The notes under the pieces: model-generated
What the model was told of the DNA's origin: nothing
The model's database searches: none
Seen by the model: the letters and a program-made list of their open reading frames with translations, nothing else
Program-made: the position numbers and the translations under genes
Part shown: positions 1 through 13,184 of the stretch, one piece after another
Position numbering within the stretch: position 1 is the stretch's first letter
How the letters are laid out: every line of letters begins with the position of its first letter
Assembly: GCF_001194135.2 (NCBI RefSeq)
Contig: NC_068995.1
Coordinates: forward strand, 33,305,218-33,369,217
Direction of reading: 5' to 3'
DNA: 64,000 bases
DNA from: Octopus bimaculoides
Taxonomy: Eukaryota

Positions 1-10
1 GTCAACATCC

Positions 11-365
11 TCTCTTTTACTCTTTTACCTGTTTCAGTCATTTGACTGCAGCCATGCTGGAGCACCACCTTTAGTCGAGCAAATCAACCCCCAGGACTTA
101 TTCTTTGTAAGCCTAGTACTTATTCTATCAATCTCTTTTGCCGAACCGCTAAGTTACGGGGACATAAACACACCAGCTTCGGTTGTCAAGCGATGTTGGG
201 GGGACAAACACAGACACACAAACACACACACATATATATATACATATGCATATATACGATGGGCTTCTTTCAGTTTCTGTCTACCAAATCCACTCACAAG
301 GTTTTGGTCGGCCCAAGGCTATAGTAGAAGACACTTGCCCAAGGTGCCACGCAGTGGGACTGAAT
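11..365 (-). mobile_element. SINE family B (5'-truncated)
   Basis: Reverse complement of the family seen at 9055 and 24322; tail TGACTGAAACAGGTAAAAGAG. Confidence 0.88.
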
Positions 366-368
366 CCA

Positions 369-545
369 TTGACAAAGTTGCAAAAGCAACAAAAATTTTG
401 GAAAGAAAAAATATAAATAATAAATGAGTGGAAATTGAACTGGTGTGTGTGTTAGATATTACGGCAGTATGACTCTCCCTAGACAACAAAATTTGTTCAA
501 CACATAATTTCACATAAAGGATCTTGAAAAACAGATACAAAAACA
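369..545. repeat. Diverged solo arm of the 790-1119 foldback element
   Basis: Aligns by eye with the reverse complement of 790-977. Confidence 0.7.
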
Positions 546-789
546 ATATGCCAACGCTAGGCCGAAACAGCTGTAAGTTTCTGTTTATTCTCAAATTCCT
601 AATGTACTTTATATTTGTAACCTCGATTGTTAATATAACATGGTATGTCATAAGCATTTGTATATTGTGGTTTTTGTCATTTTAGTTACAAATTAAGTTA
701 ATTAATTCAACAGAATGCACTGTCTACAAGTCGATGGGTACCGCATATTCTCCTCCATTTTCTAATTGCTATATATATATATATATATA

Positions 790-1119
790 TTTCGTTTTGG
801 GATTTGGTTTGCAAGATTCTTTATGTGAGTTTGTGTGTTGAAGCATATTCTGTCATGTCTGGGGGGAGTCATTCTCTTTTAGTACCTTATAATTTAACAC
901 ACTCACCAGTAATATTTCTACTCATTTCCTTCTTTATTTTTCTAAAATTTTCGTTGCATCTTGCAACCTTTTCAATAGTTGTTGAGAGTCAATAACTATT
1001 GAAAATGTTGCAAGACGCAACAAATTTTAGAAAAATAAAGGAAATGAGTAGAAATTTTACTGGTGAGTGTGTTAAATTATAAGGCACTAAAAGAGAATGA
1101 CTCTCCCCAGACACAACAG
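790..1119. mobile_element. Foldback/MITE-like element between (TA)n runs
   Basis: Inverted arms about 850-980 and 994-1119 around a 13-nt centre. Confidence 0.8.
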
Positions 1120-1153
<34 letters not shown>

Positions 1154-1794
1154 TTATGCTTACAATAACTTGTGTAACTGATAGTAAGATCAGAGAATGT
1201 TATCAATAAAGTTATATGTGTAATATGTACAGTTACTCTTCCAAACTTTAAAAAAATAGCTGAAAAAATCCATAAGATCAATACATATTTTATCTCTTAC
1301 TGTTTATCAATATATTTGAAATTCTGATTTATGTGTTAAAGTAGTTATTAATGACTTGTAGATTTGTTAGCAAAGGCATTCAGAAAAAGCAAAGCAAAGG
1401 CAACAAATTTATAAACATGGAAAATTCCAATAAATTTTATAATTAATACTAAGATCAGTATATATTATTGATAAAATTACACACATAATTAATATGCATA
1501 ACTTAAGTAGATGAATATTGCAAAAAAGGTTTATCTCTAGATGCATTCTTTATGACTGCAAGAACCACATGTTGAATTGAGCCAGGAATAATCAATTCAA
1601 AGATGGAAACTTGTAGTGAATTAAAATTCATTCTGTTAATGGCTGTGTAGTTAATAGCAATAATAAAAAATGATGAATAAAGCCACATCTTCATGAAAAT
1701 ATATTGGAATTTCCAAGATTTTATACTTATTCTAGACTTTTAAAACAACTTTGGTTGAGTAAAAGTTACATAGACATATAATCCCTTTGCTCTA

Positions 1795-2245
1795 TTATTA
1801 TTATTATTATTATTGTTCAGTAGTTTTATTTTTATAACGTGCTTTCACTTCACTACCGAGCGCAGCTCTGTGCGCCTTGGGCATGTGCTGTGGTTTGCTG
1901 TGGTGTTCTTATGGTTACTGTATTGAAAGTGTTTTGCGTAGGATGTGTGCTGTGCCCAGTAGTGCAATTTTCTGTATGTTATATATATTTGTAAGTCCTG
2001 GTGTTTTTGTTATGTATTTGTCTGAATATTTTTTTATTATACCTAAGGCACCTACTATAATAGGAATTGTTTCTGTTTTTAGATTCCACATTCGAGTTAC
2101 CTCTATTTCCAGGTCTTTGTATTTTGAAAGTTTTTCCATTTCTTTTAGAGAGACGTTGTCATCTGCTGGTATTGATACATCAATTAGAAAGCATTTTTTT
2201 TCTTCATGATCTTTGACAACTATATCTGGTCTATTTGCCTTGAGT
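1795..2245 (-). mobile_element. RLE-type non-LTR retrotransposon 3' fragment (R4/Dong-like), copy 1
   Basis: ORF 1915-2313 encodes RPDIVVKD…LIDVSIP…EKLSKYKDL…KIALLGTAHILRK (PD-(D/E)xK restriction-like endonuclease); (TAA)n tail at 1795-1814. Confidence 0.88.
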
Positions 2246-2699
2246 GAGAGAGCAGTGCTTGCCATCAAAGTGACTCTGGGGTACAAATATATGAAGCCTA
2301 ATATACCCATCATGACTACATATCCAGAAAGGGCACATCAGAAACATGCACCACATCCATATTCACATGATGTAGTGATCTCATATCAAGATAAACAGTG
2401 CATGACTTTGCAGATGGGGCCCTGTTAGAACTTTCTTCAGGTCAAGTTGCACATCCCACTGAAAAGGTCCCTGAATAAGGTTTAAGGATGATAAATGAAA
2501 CACCTGTATTTCCAGAGGTGTATTACTCAAACCCCAAAGAATTCCTCTCGACACATGGCTATGATGCTCCCCCACAACCTCTGCTTGTGATCAAAGATGC
2601 ACATATCATCAGTCACTTATGGACATGCTCTACTGGTTACGGTCAAGCAACTGCCAAGCAAATCTATGGTACTGAGCAGAATATTTGCTCAATAATATA

Positions 2700-3275
2700 T
2701 TATCATTATCACTATTTGATGAAAACTCTCAGCTTTTGCTGGGTATGATGGAAGGTATCAGCTGTCCACAGCCAGCAGACTAAGATGACACTGGCTTACT
2801 CGTCATGCTTCAAGAACCCTGCGAAGAATTCTTGCAGTTCCAAGCAATGCTGATTTTTGTAGGTATTCTACCTTTACATTTGTACCAGTTTTTTTGAGCG
2901 ATGTTAGTAGTTGAGTGCTGATACTCCCAAGGGTGCCAATTACTATTGGTATCACGTCTACTCTCCTCATTGACCACAACCTTCATATTTCCCACTTCAA
3001 ATCATCATAGTTGTTCAGTTTTTCTTCTTTCTCTTTGAACCTGTTGTCACCAGGACATGCTATGTCGATTATCATGCATGTTCTTTCTTTTTTATTCACT
3101 ACATCAGTGTCCGATTTCCAATGTCTAGTCAGATGATCACACCGAATCATTGCATCCCTCAGGATTTTGCAATTTTCATTCTTGGTAACTCCTCCTGGAA
3201 TTTTCTCATACCATGTCTTTGCTCTTTGTAGGCCGTGATTTCCACAGAGCTCCCAATAGCTCATTCTTGACACAT
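2700..3275 (-). mobile_element. RLE-type LINE 3' fragment, copy 2 (frameshifted)
   Basis: KTWYEK…KIL.D…CMIIDIACPGD…YDDLKWEI, then in another frame KSALLGTARILRRVLEA* with the stop at 2803-2805. Confidence 0.85.
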
Positions 3276-3287
3276 TGTCATGTCATT

Positions 3288-3525
<238 letters not shown>

Positions 3526-4420
3526 AATACGCTAGAGCATGCTAATTCAGTTCGGTATTTTATTTTGAGGTTTGGTGACAAGTCTCCTCAAATCTCAATA
3601 ATCTTCCTTCAGATTCTTTCAGAATATAGGATGGTACTTTTCCACAGGTCAACAATGTGCATTTCAATTCCAATCTCTTTCAGTCTTTTAGGTAGCATTT
3701 TGGGTGTTGTGCCAGGTGTACCAATTACTACAGCAATAATTGTTGTCTCGATCTTCAACAGTCTCTTCAGCTCTGGTCAGATCCTTACATTTCTTATTTT
3801 TACAATTTTTTTTAGTATTAACTCTGTTATCATAGGGCATTGCAAAATCTACAATCTTACACTGTCTATTTTGTCCTCTATGATCATATCTTCTTTCCTT
3901 AATTGTATGGTCAGTCTTTGTGGGTAAATCCCACAAGATCTTGAAACTCTCATTTTTATCACAGCCTCTGGCTTGTGTTCATACCCCTTTTCTGTTGTTT
4001 TGAAGCCACACACTTGGCTAACGTTCCAATACACTCTTTTGCCTCCACTATCATGTCTGTACTCATACGCCTTTTTGTGCTAGTATACAGCACTCACTCA
4101 AAAGGCGATTGATACTTTTATTTCCTTTCTGCAGATTATACATCTGCTGTCTGACTGAGTTTAAACTTTATTTACTTTTATCAGATTTGTTCTAAGGGTT
4201 TGTTCCTGAGTGGCTATAATTAGTGTTTCTGCCTCTCATTTCAAGTTCCTGTCCGTCTGCCAGAGCCAGCAATCTTTACTTCCAATATTCTTGGCTTGTT
4301 GCATGAATTGGCCATGTAGTTCCATTTCTTTCTATTTGTTTGTTCCTCCTTTTCTCTTTGAATTTTCCTATCGTTTCAGTCACTTTTTGGGTATCTCTGG
4401 CTCCTCATAGTATTCTTTTT
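3526..4420 (-). mobile_element. RLE-type LINE 3' fragment, copy 3 (decayed)
   Basis: Remnants LHGQF…W…AETLIIATQEQTLRTN, YWNVSQVCGF…EHKPEAV, WDLPTKTDHTIKERR; abuts the microsatellite tail. Confidence 0.8.
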
Positions 4421-4549
4421 TTACTCTGCCCAACATAGATTTTCAGACTCAGTATCACAGTAATAGCAGTGTCTTTTGTGTTTAGTAATCCTCTGCGATC
4501 TTCCTTTCTTGGTAGGTGGAGTTGGTCGGTATTGCTTGATGTTGATGTT

Positions 4550-5544
4550 GTTAATGCAGCAATGTGGCTGAATTGCTAGCACACTAGACAAAATGCTTAG
4601 CAGCATTTCATCCATCTGCACATTCTGAGTTTAAATTCCACCAAAGTTGCCTTTGCCTTTCTTCCTTTCATGCTCAATAAAATAAGTACTAGTTAAATAC
4701 TAGGGTTGATGTAATTAACTAGTCCCTCCCACAAAATTTCAGGCCTTGTGCCAGTAGTAGAAAGTTTCATTATTATTATTTTTATATTATCCAACACACT
4801 AATGATTCTGTCAGCTTGACGCTGGGAGAATCATTAGCACATCTGACAAAATGCTTAACAGCATTTCTTCTGGCTTTTCATTCTGAGTTCAAATACTGCT
4901 GAAGTCAACTTTGCCATTTATCCTTTCAAGGGTGATAAAATAAAGTACTGATAAAGTACTGAGATTAATGTAATCAACTTGCAACTTCCACTCAAAATTG
5001 CTGGCCTTGTGCCAAAATTAGAAAGAATTATTATTATTATTGATGTTGTTATTGTTATTATTATTAAGGTGGTGAGCTGATAGAATTGTTTGAGTGATGT
5101 AAAAAATATTCCTTGTGATATCTGTTCCAACTCTTTACATTCTTAGTTCAAATCACCATGAAGTTAACTTTGTCTTTCATACCTTCAGGGTCGATAAAAT
5201 AAAGTACCAGTCAAGTACTGGGACCAATGGTATAGACTAACCACCTACCCTGAAAACTCTTAACCATGTGCCTAAATTAGATACCATTATTATTATTATT
5301 GTTATTATTATTATTATTATTATTATTAATAAGGTGACGAGCTGGCAGAATTGTTAGCACACTAAATGAAATGCTTACTGGTATTTTGCCTGTTGCTACA
5401 TTCTGAATTCAAATTCCACCGAGACTGAATTTGCCTTTCATCCTTTTGGGGGTTGACAAATTAAGTACTAGTGAAACATTGATGTCAGTGTAATCAACTA
5501 GTCCATTCCTCCAAATTTCAGGCCTTGTGCCTATAACAGAAAGA

Positions 5545-5592
<48 letters not shown>

Positions 5593-5821
5593 GCTGCTGT
5601 TGTTGTTGTTGTTGTTGTCATTATTAAGGCAGTGAGCTGGCAAAATGCTTAGCGGCATTTCGTCCATCTTTACATTCTAAGTTCAAATTCCATCCGCTGA
5701 GGTCAGCTTTGCCTTTTATCCTTTTGGAGTCAATGAAGTCAGTATTAGTTATGCACTGCAGTCAATATAATCAACCAGCCCCTCCCACAAAATTTCAGGC
5801 CTTGTGCCTTTAGTAGAAAGG

Positions 5822-5913
<92 letters not shown>

Positions 5914-6410
5914 GGCAGTGAGCTAGCAGAATCAATAGCACACCAGGCAAAATGCTTTGCACCATTTTGTCCATCTTTACATTCTGAGTTCAAATACTGC
6001 CGAGATCGATTTTGCTTTTCATCCTTTCGGAGTCAATTAAATAAGTACCAGTTATGCACTGGGGTCGGTGTAATCAACTTAATCCCCTCCTCCAAGCTGC
6101 CCTTGTGGCAAAAATTTGAAACCGTTGTTGTTGTTGTTGTTTAAGGTGGTGAGCTGTCAGAATTGTTAGCACACTGGGCAAAATGCTTTGTGGCATTTTG
6201 TCCATCTTTATGCTCTGAGTTCAAATTCAGCCAAGGCCAGCTTTGTCTTTCATCCTTTCAGGGTTGATAAAATATGTACCAGTGGAGCACTGGAGTTCAT
6301 GTAATCAACTCACTCACTCCCCCAAACTTGTTGGCCTTGTGCCAAAACTTGAAACCATTTTTTTGTCATCATCATCATTATCATCATCATTATTATAATC
6401 GTCATCATTG

Positions 6411-6460
<50 letters not shown>

Positions 6461-6730
6461 ATCATCATCATTGTTATTATCATTATTATTATTACTATTA
6501 AGACAATGGATTGATAGAAACATCAAGGCATCAGACAGAATGTCTGGCAGTGTTTATTCAAGCGCTTAACATACTGAAGTCAGCTTTGCCTTTCATCCTT
6601 CCAGGGTCAATAAAATGATGTACCATTTTGTATTCAGAGGGAATGATAATCAGCTTACCCACCCCGTCTCCCACTTCATGCTAAATTTTAGACCTTTGGC
6701 CATTTTAGGAGCAATTATTACTATTATTAC
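4550..6730 (+). mobile_element. Head-to-tail array of eight tRNA-derived SINEs (family A) separated by (ATT)n/(GTT)n
   Basis: Copies start near 4555, 4812, 5066, 5331, 5626, 5912, 6143 and 6500. The better-preserved copies carry an A-box-like GAGCTGGCAGAA head, a B-box GAGTTCAAAT and a GGCCTTGTGCC end; copies 1, 2 and 8 are more diverged. Confidence 0.9.
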
Positions 6731-7359
6731 TATTATTGTAGTGATCAATAAGATAAGACGTAATAGAGCATTATTACATAACCATACAGTAAAAATCAAT
6801 AAGTTAATGGATCTATATTAATTTTATCGATGAACATTCAGTCATTTGAACTTCTTGCTTCATATGAGTGTATCAGTGGTTGTGTATTCCATGGACATGT
6901 GTCCCATATTAATGGTTCTTATGTCTATGCAGAATTAGAATGACACATTGTGTGATAAGTACAATCCCTCTGATAGGCTTCTGCATAGTTTTCTTCTACC
7001 TAATTTCAATCACTAAGGTTAGATCAATCTGAAGTTGTGGTAGAAGAAGCTATGCTGTGGGACCAATCCCAGAACCTTATGATTGCGAGATGAACTTTGT
7101 GACCATTCAGACCTACTGTGTCCCTAATGGAAATAATAATCAACAGATATACTGTGTGGCACAACACACATGCAAACACACACACTCACATATATGCACA
7201 TAGTATAAGCATATCAAATAATAATACTAATTTATTCATTTTCCTGTAAAGACATTACAAACATGATAAACAAACAAGATATGATAATACATTATGTTTC
7301 ATATATAGCCACACTAACATAATTATATAATCAGAAGAAATTATTCACCATATATTGAT

Positions 7360-7572
7360 TTCAAATTTTGGCACAATGCCAACAAGTTTAGGGTAAGGAA
7401 TAAGTTAATTACATCGACCCCAGCATTCAACTAGTACTTATTTTATTGACCCCAAAAAGACGAAAGGCAAATTCAACCTTAACAGAGTTTGAACTCAGAA
7501 TGTAAAGACAAATGAAATGCTTCTAAGCATTTTACCTGGCATGCTAATGATTCTGCCAGCTCACCACCTTAA
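7360..7572 (-). mobile_element. SINE family A
   Basis: Reverse-complement match to the array unit. Confidence 0.85.
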
Positions 7573-8393
7573 TATTTCATCTAATATCAATCAAAATTTT
7601 AATTACTGAAAATAGAAAGATTTATTCTCTACATATGAGGTTCACATTTTTGTTTATGACAGCATAGTATAGACAACAATAACTTATGCTATTATAGTTA
7701 GCAATAACTTTAAGAGACTGTGTGTCTATGCATTTATTCTGTGTGAACAGTTTATATTTGTTATTTTGCTTTGCTTTTTCTACAACAGGCTTCATTTTTC
7801 ATAAACCTATATCTCAGTCAATATCATTGCATACCGAAGAGAATTGTACTGTCTACATATCTCAATAACTTGCTGCTAAAATAGAAAAAAATTGAAAAAC
7901 AAAACTGTTTATTATTGTTTCGCCTAGCAATTAGTTATAAAACATTTTGACTTCTCAATGGATTATAAGAAACTAGATAAAATACTAAGGTAATAAATCA
8001 GTGAAGCAAACAAATGGAATAAGAACATTGGTGAACGCATCTGTTGGTGATTGGTTATGTCAGATGGAAAGAATGAGGGTATAGATGCACAATTATGGAG
8101 ATGTTTATAGATGTATAAGCAATAGTATATAAGCTTTAATAACTATATAATTACATTTTTACATAGGTGTAGCCAGGATTTCAACTAATGGAGTCTTCAG
8201 TTGTTGAAATGGATTCACCATTAGCCATCTAATTCACTAAAAACACAAAATTAAAATTTATTAGATGATAATAATATCTGTTTGGAGGTGTAGTGGTATT
8301 CATTCAAACATGTCTACCTCCCTGCTAGCTGCATATATTCATCTGTTTAACATTCATTTAACATATTTTACCACGCTGACATTGGTTGGACCG

Positions 8394-8705
8394 ACATGCA
8401 TGCATACATGTATGTATGTATGTATGTATGTATGCATGTATGCATGCATGCCTCTGTGTGTGCATGTGTATCTATGTGTGTATGTGTGTGTATGTGTGTG
8501 TATGTATGTATGTATGCCTCTCTGTGTGTGTGTGCATATGCATATGTGTGTGTATATGTATGTGTATGTAGGCATGTATGTGTGTATGAACATATGTATG
8601 TATGTACTAAACATATCAAACTTGTCTGCTAGAGACACGTATGTGGTTACATAAATATTTGTAAACATATACATACGCACACATGTTTATATATTTATGT
8701 GTATT
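8394..8705. repeat. Degenerate (TG)n/(TGTA)n microsatellite
   Basis: Seen directly. Confidence 0.92.
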
Positions 8706-9054
8706 GTATTGGTGTTGCAATAACCACACCTGCTCCACATCATCACAGCAGGTCATACAATCTTAAAACTTCCTGCCAAAATATTTCTGTATTCTAGACA
8801 CTTCCACTTCATAATCGCATGGAAACAAATGCACATACTTACAGATGATGAATATAATTTTTTGTTTGGGGAGGGATTCCTATATAAAGATTGAAACATT
8901 TTGTAGCTACAAGACTTCTTCTTAAGCATAAGTAATTCAGAGAATACAATCATATTACAAGCTCCTGATTTGCAAATGTCAGATGAATAGGCATCAACGC
9001 CTTAAATTAATTTTACCCTTTTCTATGATGTAAATTTCCTAGTTTAAAGTGAAA

Positions 9055-9420
9055 TAGGTGCAGATGTGGCCATGAGGTAAGAAGTTTGCTTCCTAATTTC
9101 ATGGTTCTGTGTTCAGTACTGTGTGGCACTTTGAACAAGTGTCTTCTACTATAGCCTTAGACTGACCAAAGCTTTGTGAGTGGATTTGGTAGACAGAAAT
9201 TGAAAGAAGCCCATTGTGTGTGTGTGTGTGTGTGTCTTTTTGTTATTGATTGTCCCTTCACCACTACTTGACAACTGGTGCTGCTGTGTTTACATCCCCT
9301 TAACTTAGTGGTTTGGCAAACAATACCATTAAAGTACTAGGCTTAAAAAAATAAGTTTTGATGGCAGTGCCCCAGCATAGCCACAGTCAAAATACTGAAA
9401 CTAGTAAAAGATAGAAGATA
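9055..9420 (+). mobile_element. SINE family B, full length
   Basis: tRNA-like head GGTGCAGATGTGGC…GGTAAGAAG…GTTCAGT, (TG)n core, GAAACTAGTAAAAGA tail. Confidence 0.88.
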
Positions 9421-10393
9421 TAAACTTAAACTAACCACCAAAGTTTCATGTTAATTTACATTCCAGACACTAGCTTCATAATGATGAAGTTATTTTATTA
9501 AATCCTTAATTATCTTCAAAATTAATTGAAACAAAGGAAGAGTACCTCAACAGAAATATGGTAACCAAAGATTTAATGTTACACACATTCATACAAACAA
9601 CATCACTGTAGTTATGCACTGTTGGTTACAGTATACTTACTCTCTTTGTTTTGGCTTTCAAATTATGCTATATATACAGGCTAGGTGGGTAGAACAACAT
9701 TCCCCCTGAACAAGATGCCAATCTGTAGCAGGGTCAGTCATTTATGTGGACTGGAGCAACATGAAATGAAGTGTTTTGCCAGTCTCAGAGTCAAAATCAC
9801 AATCTTGTGATGATGAATGCAACACCCAAACCTCTAGGCCATGCCCCTTCACGCAAACAACATGAAATAGAGACAAATTTTCAGGAGACTAATGCTGGTT
9901 CCAAAGTATGTTTGAATTGCAGCTAAACCAGTTAATTTCACTTCTATATCATAGCTATGATTTCTGAACAGAGACTGGAGAATGACAGATTCTACCAGGT
10001 TGATTTAATCTTGACTCACTTACCTGAGGACAAAATCTTCAACAGTGAGTAACTCACAAAGGCTTACAGGATGTTTTTCTTTTCTTGCAAACAGGAACAA
10101 AGCTGAATGATTATTTTTAAAAAATGAAAGGTCAAGTCAGCCTGAAAGAATTCATCTCTGTCTTGTGTGTTATATCTAGAAAACATACATATGTATAATG
10201 GTAAGTGAAATGATCTAGCTCAACTGGGAATTAAACCTACATTGAAATCAACCTCAATTTGCTGAAAACTCAAAAACTTATAACCTCTGTATGTTGTTTA
10301 TATGAATCTGTAAATAAAATATAATAATCTGTAAATAAATTAAAGTATCAGTTAAGTACTATTCCCTCTCAACAAATTTCTAGTCTTGTATCT

Positions 10394-10559
10394 ATGAAGT
10401 AGTTGTATGCTGTCAACTTAATGTGACAGTCCCCTGAAGGGAATAACACAACTGTTGGTTAGACCTAGGAAGCTGCACTGCTTCCTAGGTCTAACCAACA
10501 GTAGTGTTATTCCCTTCAGGGGACTGTCACATTAAGTTGACAGCATACAACTACTTCAT
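10394..10559. repeat. Near-perfect palindrome, 80-bp arms and 6-nt loop
   Basis: 10394-10473 versus reverse complement of 10480-10559: 79/80 identical, loop TGCACT. Confidence 0.95.
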
Positions 10560-11294
10560 CGTATCACTACTGCATAAATCTCTCTGAGAGATTTAGAAAT
10601 GTATTATTTCTTGTATCTATGTTAGAAATTATAATTTTATCAATCCTAAGAATATGAAAAACAAAACTAAACTTAGACTGTAGAGGGATAAAATTAAAAT
10701 ATTAAAATTAATTTATTCCTGGACTCTGCTGTTCCTGTCACCCTGCAGTCTTTCTGTCTCTTATCTTAATTATAAGGGAAGGGTGTGCAATGTATGTCTG
10801 GAGTAAATCACAAACTGAGCTATATAGCAGAAGAATTATTAGAAATATCAGAATCAAAATACAATAATTGAAGATAAGGAAAACACTAGATATGTTTCCT
10901 GCCTGATATCATCCCGAAATTGGGCGACTTGCTGGTTGTTGTTGATGTTGTAGCTGCTGTTGTTGTTTAGCAGCAGAACAGAACTATGGACAAAAGACAT
11001 CTTAATCTTTTTTATATATCAAGTACTATATCATTATGGAAAGTGTTTTCCCTGTTTATGACAGTAAGGTATGATGTGATGGAAATTTAGCTGTTATTTT
11101 TAATAGATCGAACGACTACGTAGACGCTTTCTCGTTTGCAACTTGATGAGAACTAGAGCAAATAAATTAGGTAAGACATATAAAGCGTTTGTTTTAATAA
11201 GCTTGGTGCAAGGGAAACAACTCGGATAAATTTACTACTTAAAATGACGAATATACACAATACATTATTAGTGTGAGACAGTGCCAACAAAAAG

Positions 11295-11689
11295 GGGTAT
11301 TTTTTTGTTATCTCACCCCCATTAAAAACTTGGATTAACTCCCCCGTTTTATGAAAAATATCGATACTTTTGGTTATCTCCCCCACCTTAAAAAAATTGT
11401 TTAACCTTCGATAAAACAAAAAAATGAAAAAAAATCAATAAACATGAAAGTTGATAAAATTAATAAACAGGAAAGCTGAAAAAAATTAATCATCTTATTG
11501 AATATAATTAACATTTTTATAACAAATCATACCATGCCTATTGAGGAGGCTAAATGCCAACAATGTGTTGAAGCACTGAATCAAAAGGATCTAACACTTT
11601 TAATCCAATCTCTTGTCGCAACAAACTCAATTTTTTAGAAGGGAGGTAACACAATTTTTTTAATGGGGTGAGATAACCAAAAAGTACCC
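11295..11689. mobile_element. MITE-like element with ~34-bp terminal inverted repeats and repeated subterminal motif
   Basis: GGGTATTTTTTTGTTATCTCACCCCCATTAAAAA at left, TTTTTAATGGGGTGAGATAACCAAAAAGTACCC at right; no clear TSD. Confidence 0.6.
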
Positions 11690-11744
11690 AAAAAATTCAC
11701 ATAAAATTACCGAAGAAAAACTTTGCATAATAATAATCCTTTTT

Positions 11745-11906
11745 TAATTTTTGCATAAGGCCAGCCATTTCATGGCTGGAGTAAGTCGATTAAATTGACA
11801 CCAGTATTCAACTGGTATTTATTTTACCGACTCCGAAAGGAGAAGTCGCCCTCAACGGAATTTAAACTCAGAACGTAAAGACGAACGAAATGCCACTAAA
11901 CATTTT
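11745..11906 (-). mobile_element. SINE family A, cut by gap
   Basis: Reverse-complement match to family A. Confidence 0.8.
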
Positions 11907-12375
11907 NNNNNNNNNNNNNNNNNNNNNNNNNNNNNNNNNNNNNNNNNNNNNNNNNNNNNNNNNNNNNNNNNNNNNNNNNNNNNNNNNNNNNNNNNNNNNN
12001 NNNNNNNNNNNNNNNNNNNNNNNNNNNNNNNNNNNNNNNNNNNNNNNNNNNNNNNNNNNNNNNNNNNNNNNNNNNNNNNNNNNNNNNNNNNNNNNNNNNN
12101 NNNNNNNNNNNNNNNNNNNNNNNNNNNNNNNNNNNNNNNNNNNNNNNNNNNNNNNNNNNNNNNNNNNNNNNNNNNNNNNNNNNNNNNNNNNNNNNNNNNN
12201 NNNNNNNNNNNNNNNNNNNNNNNNNNNNNNNNNNNNNNNNNNNNNNNNNNNNNNNNNNNNNNNNNNNNNNNNNNNNNNNNNNNNNNNNNNNNNNNNNNNN
12301 NNNNNNNNNNNNNNNNNNNNNNNNNNNNNNNNNNNNNNNNNNNNNNNNNNNNNNNNNNNNNNNNNNNNNNNNNNN
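11907..12375. other. Assembly gap (N)
   Basis: Run of n. Confidence 0.99.
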
Positions 12376-12550
12376 CGCGCTAGCTAGTTGTGAGTGGTCG
12401 ATCCTAACCCTAACCCTATTCCTAACCCTAACCCTAACCTTAAACACGTATTCATTTGCACACGCGGGTTAGGGTTAGGATCGACCACTCAAGACTAGCT
12501 AGCGCGGACGCGCGACTGCGCGTTCAGGTCCGCGCTGCTTTAGTAGTACC
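12376..12550. repeat. Hairpin element with (CCCTAA)n/(TTAGGG)n and a GC-rich 3' stem-loop (Helitron/Helentron-like end)
   Basis: Arms 12376-12416 and 12466-12506 (39/41 match); second nested stem 12503-12534. Confidence 0.55.
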
Positions 12551-13079
12551 TCCTCTCACTTATTCTAAGCTACTAATACTCTTGGCAAATACATTTATAT
12601 CAAAATGTTTCATTCTCAACTTCGCTTAATAACAAGTAGCAACTGGAAGTTCTTGGTGTCTACACTAGTATTAAGTTTCTATTCAAAGTTGTAAATATCT
12701 TATTTTATGTCCATGTTTTATGCTCCTGAGAAAGGCAGGAACGTCACACAATTTCATTTCCGTTATTCGTATTTCAGAATTTCCTAATCTATTTACTATT
12801 GGGAAACTCTTGGGCAAGACTCCTGCCCGTCCCTCGCTCAAACCACCTGTAAAATTTTTTTTTCGACACAACTCCCCACCCACCCACTTTTCCACTACGA
12901 GGAGAACGAATCTGCAAAAAACTTAGCAAAAATCGACATTTCTAAATTACCACCCCTACCCCCATTTCCTTCCTTCATTTTTCCCTTTATCCAGAAATTG
13001 TTTTTTTTTTTTCAAAATATGCGGAAAAATACGGAGATTATGATTCGGACAAAAATTTCAAAATATTTCTGTACTTACG

Positions 13080-13123
13080 GTTAGGGTTAGGGTTAGGGTT
13101 AGGGTTTGAGTTAGGGTTAGGTT
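13080..13123 (+). repeat. Interstitial telomere-type (TTAGGG)n tract
   Basis: GGTTAGGGTTAGGGTTAGGGTTAGGGTTTGAGTTAGGGTTAGG. Confidence 0.9.
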
Positions 13124-13184
13124 TACCCTGTGGATCTATATAAAAACCGGGGGGAGGGGAATCGAAATTTTGAAATTGAGATTT

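Noticed and set aside
4550-6730. CRISPR-like or tRNA gene cluster
   Set aside because: Units are ~210-bp SINEs with degenerate A/B boxes; no short identical repeats with unique spacers, no cas genes, no full cloverleaf.
12404-13123. True telomere or chromosome fusion site
   Set aside because: Tracts are under 50 bp, degenerate and embedded in repeat elements.
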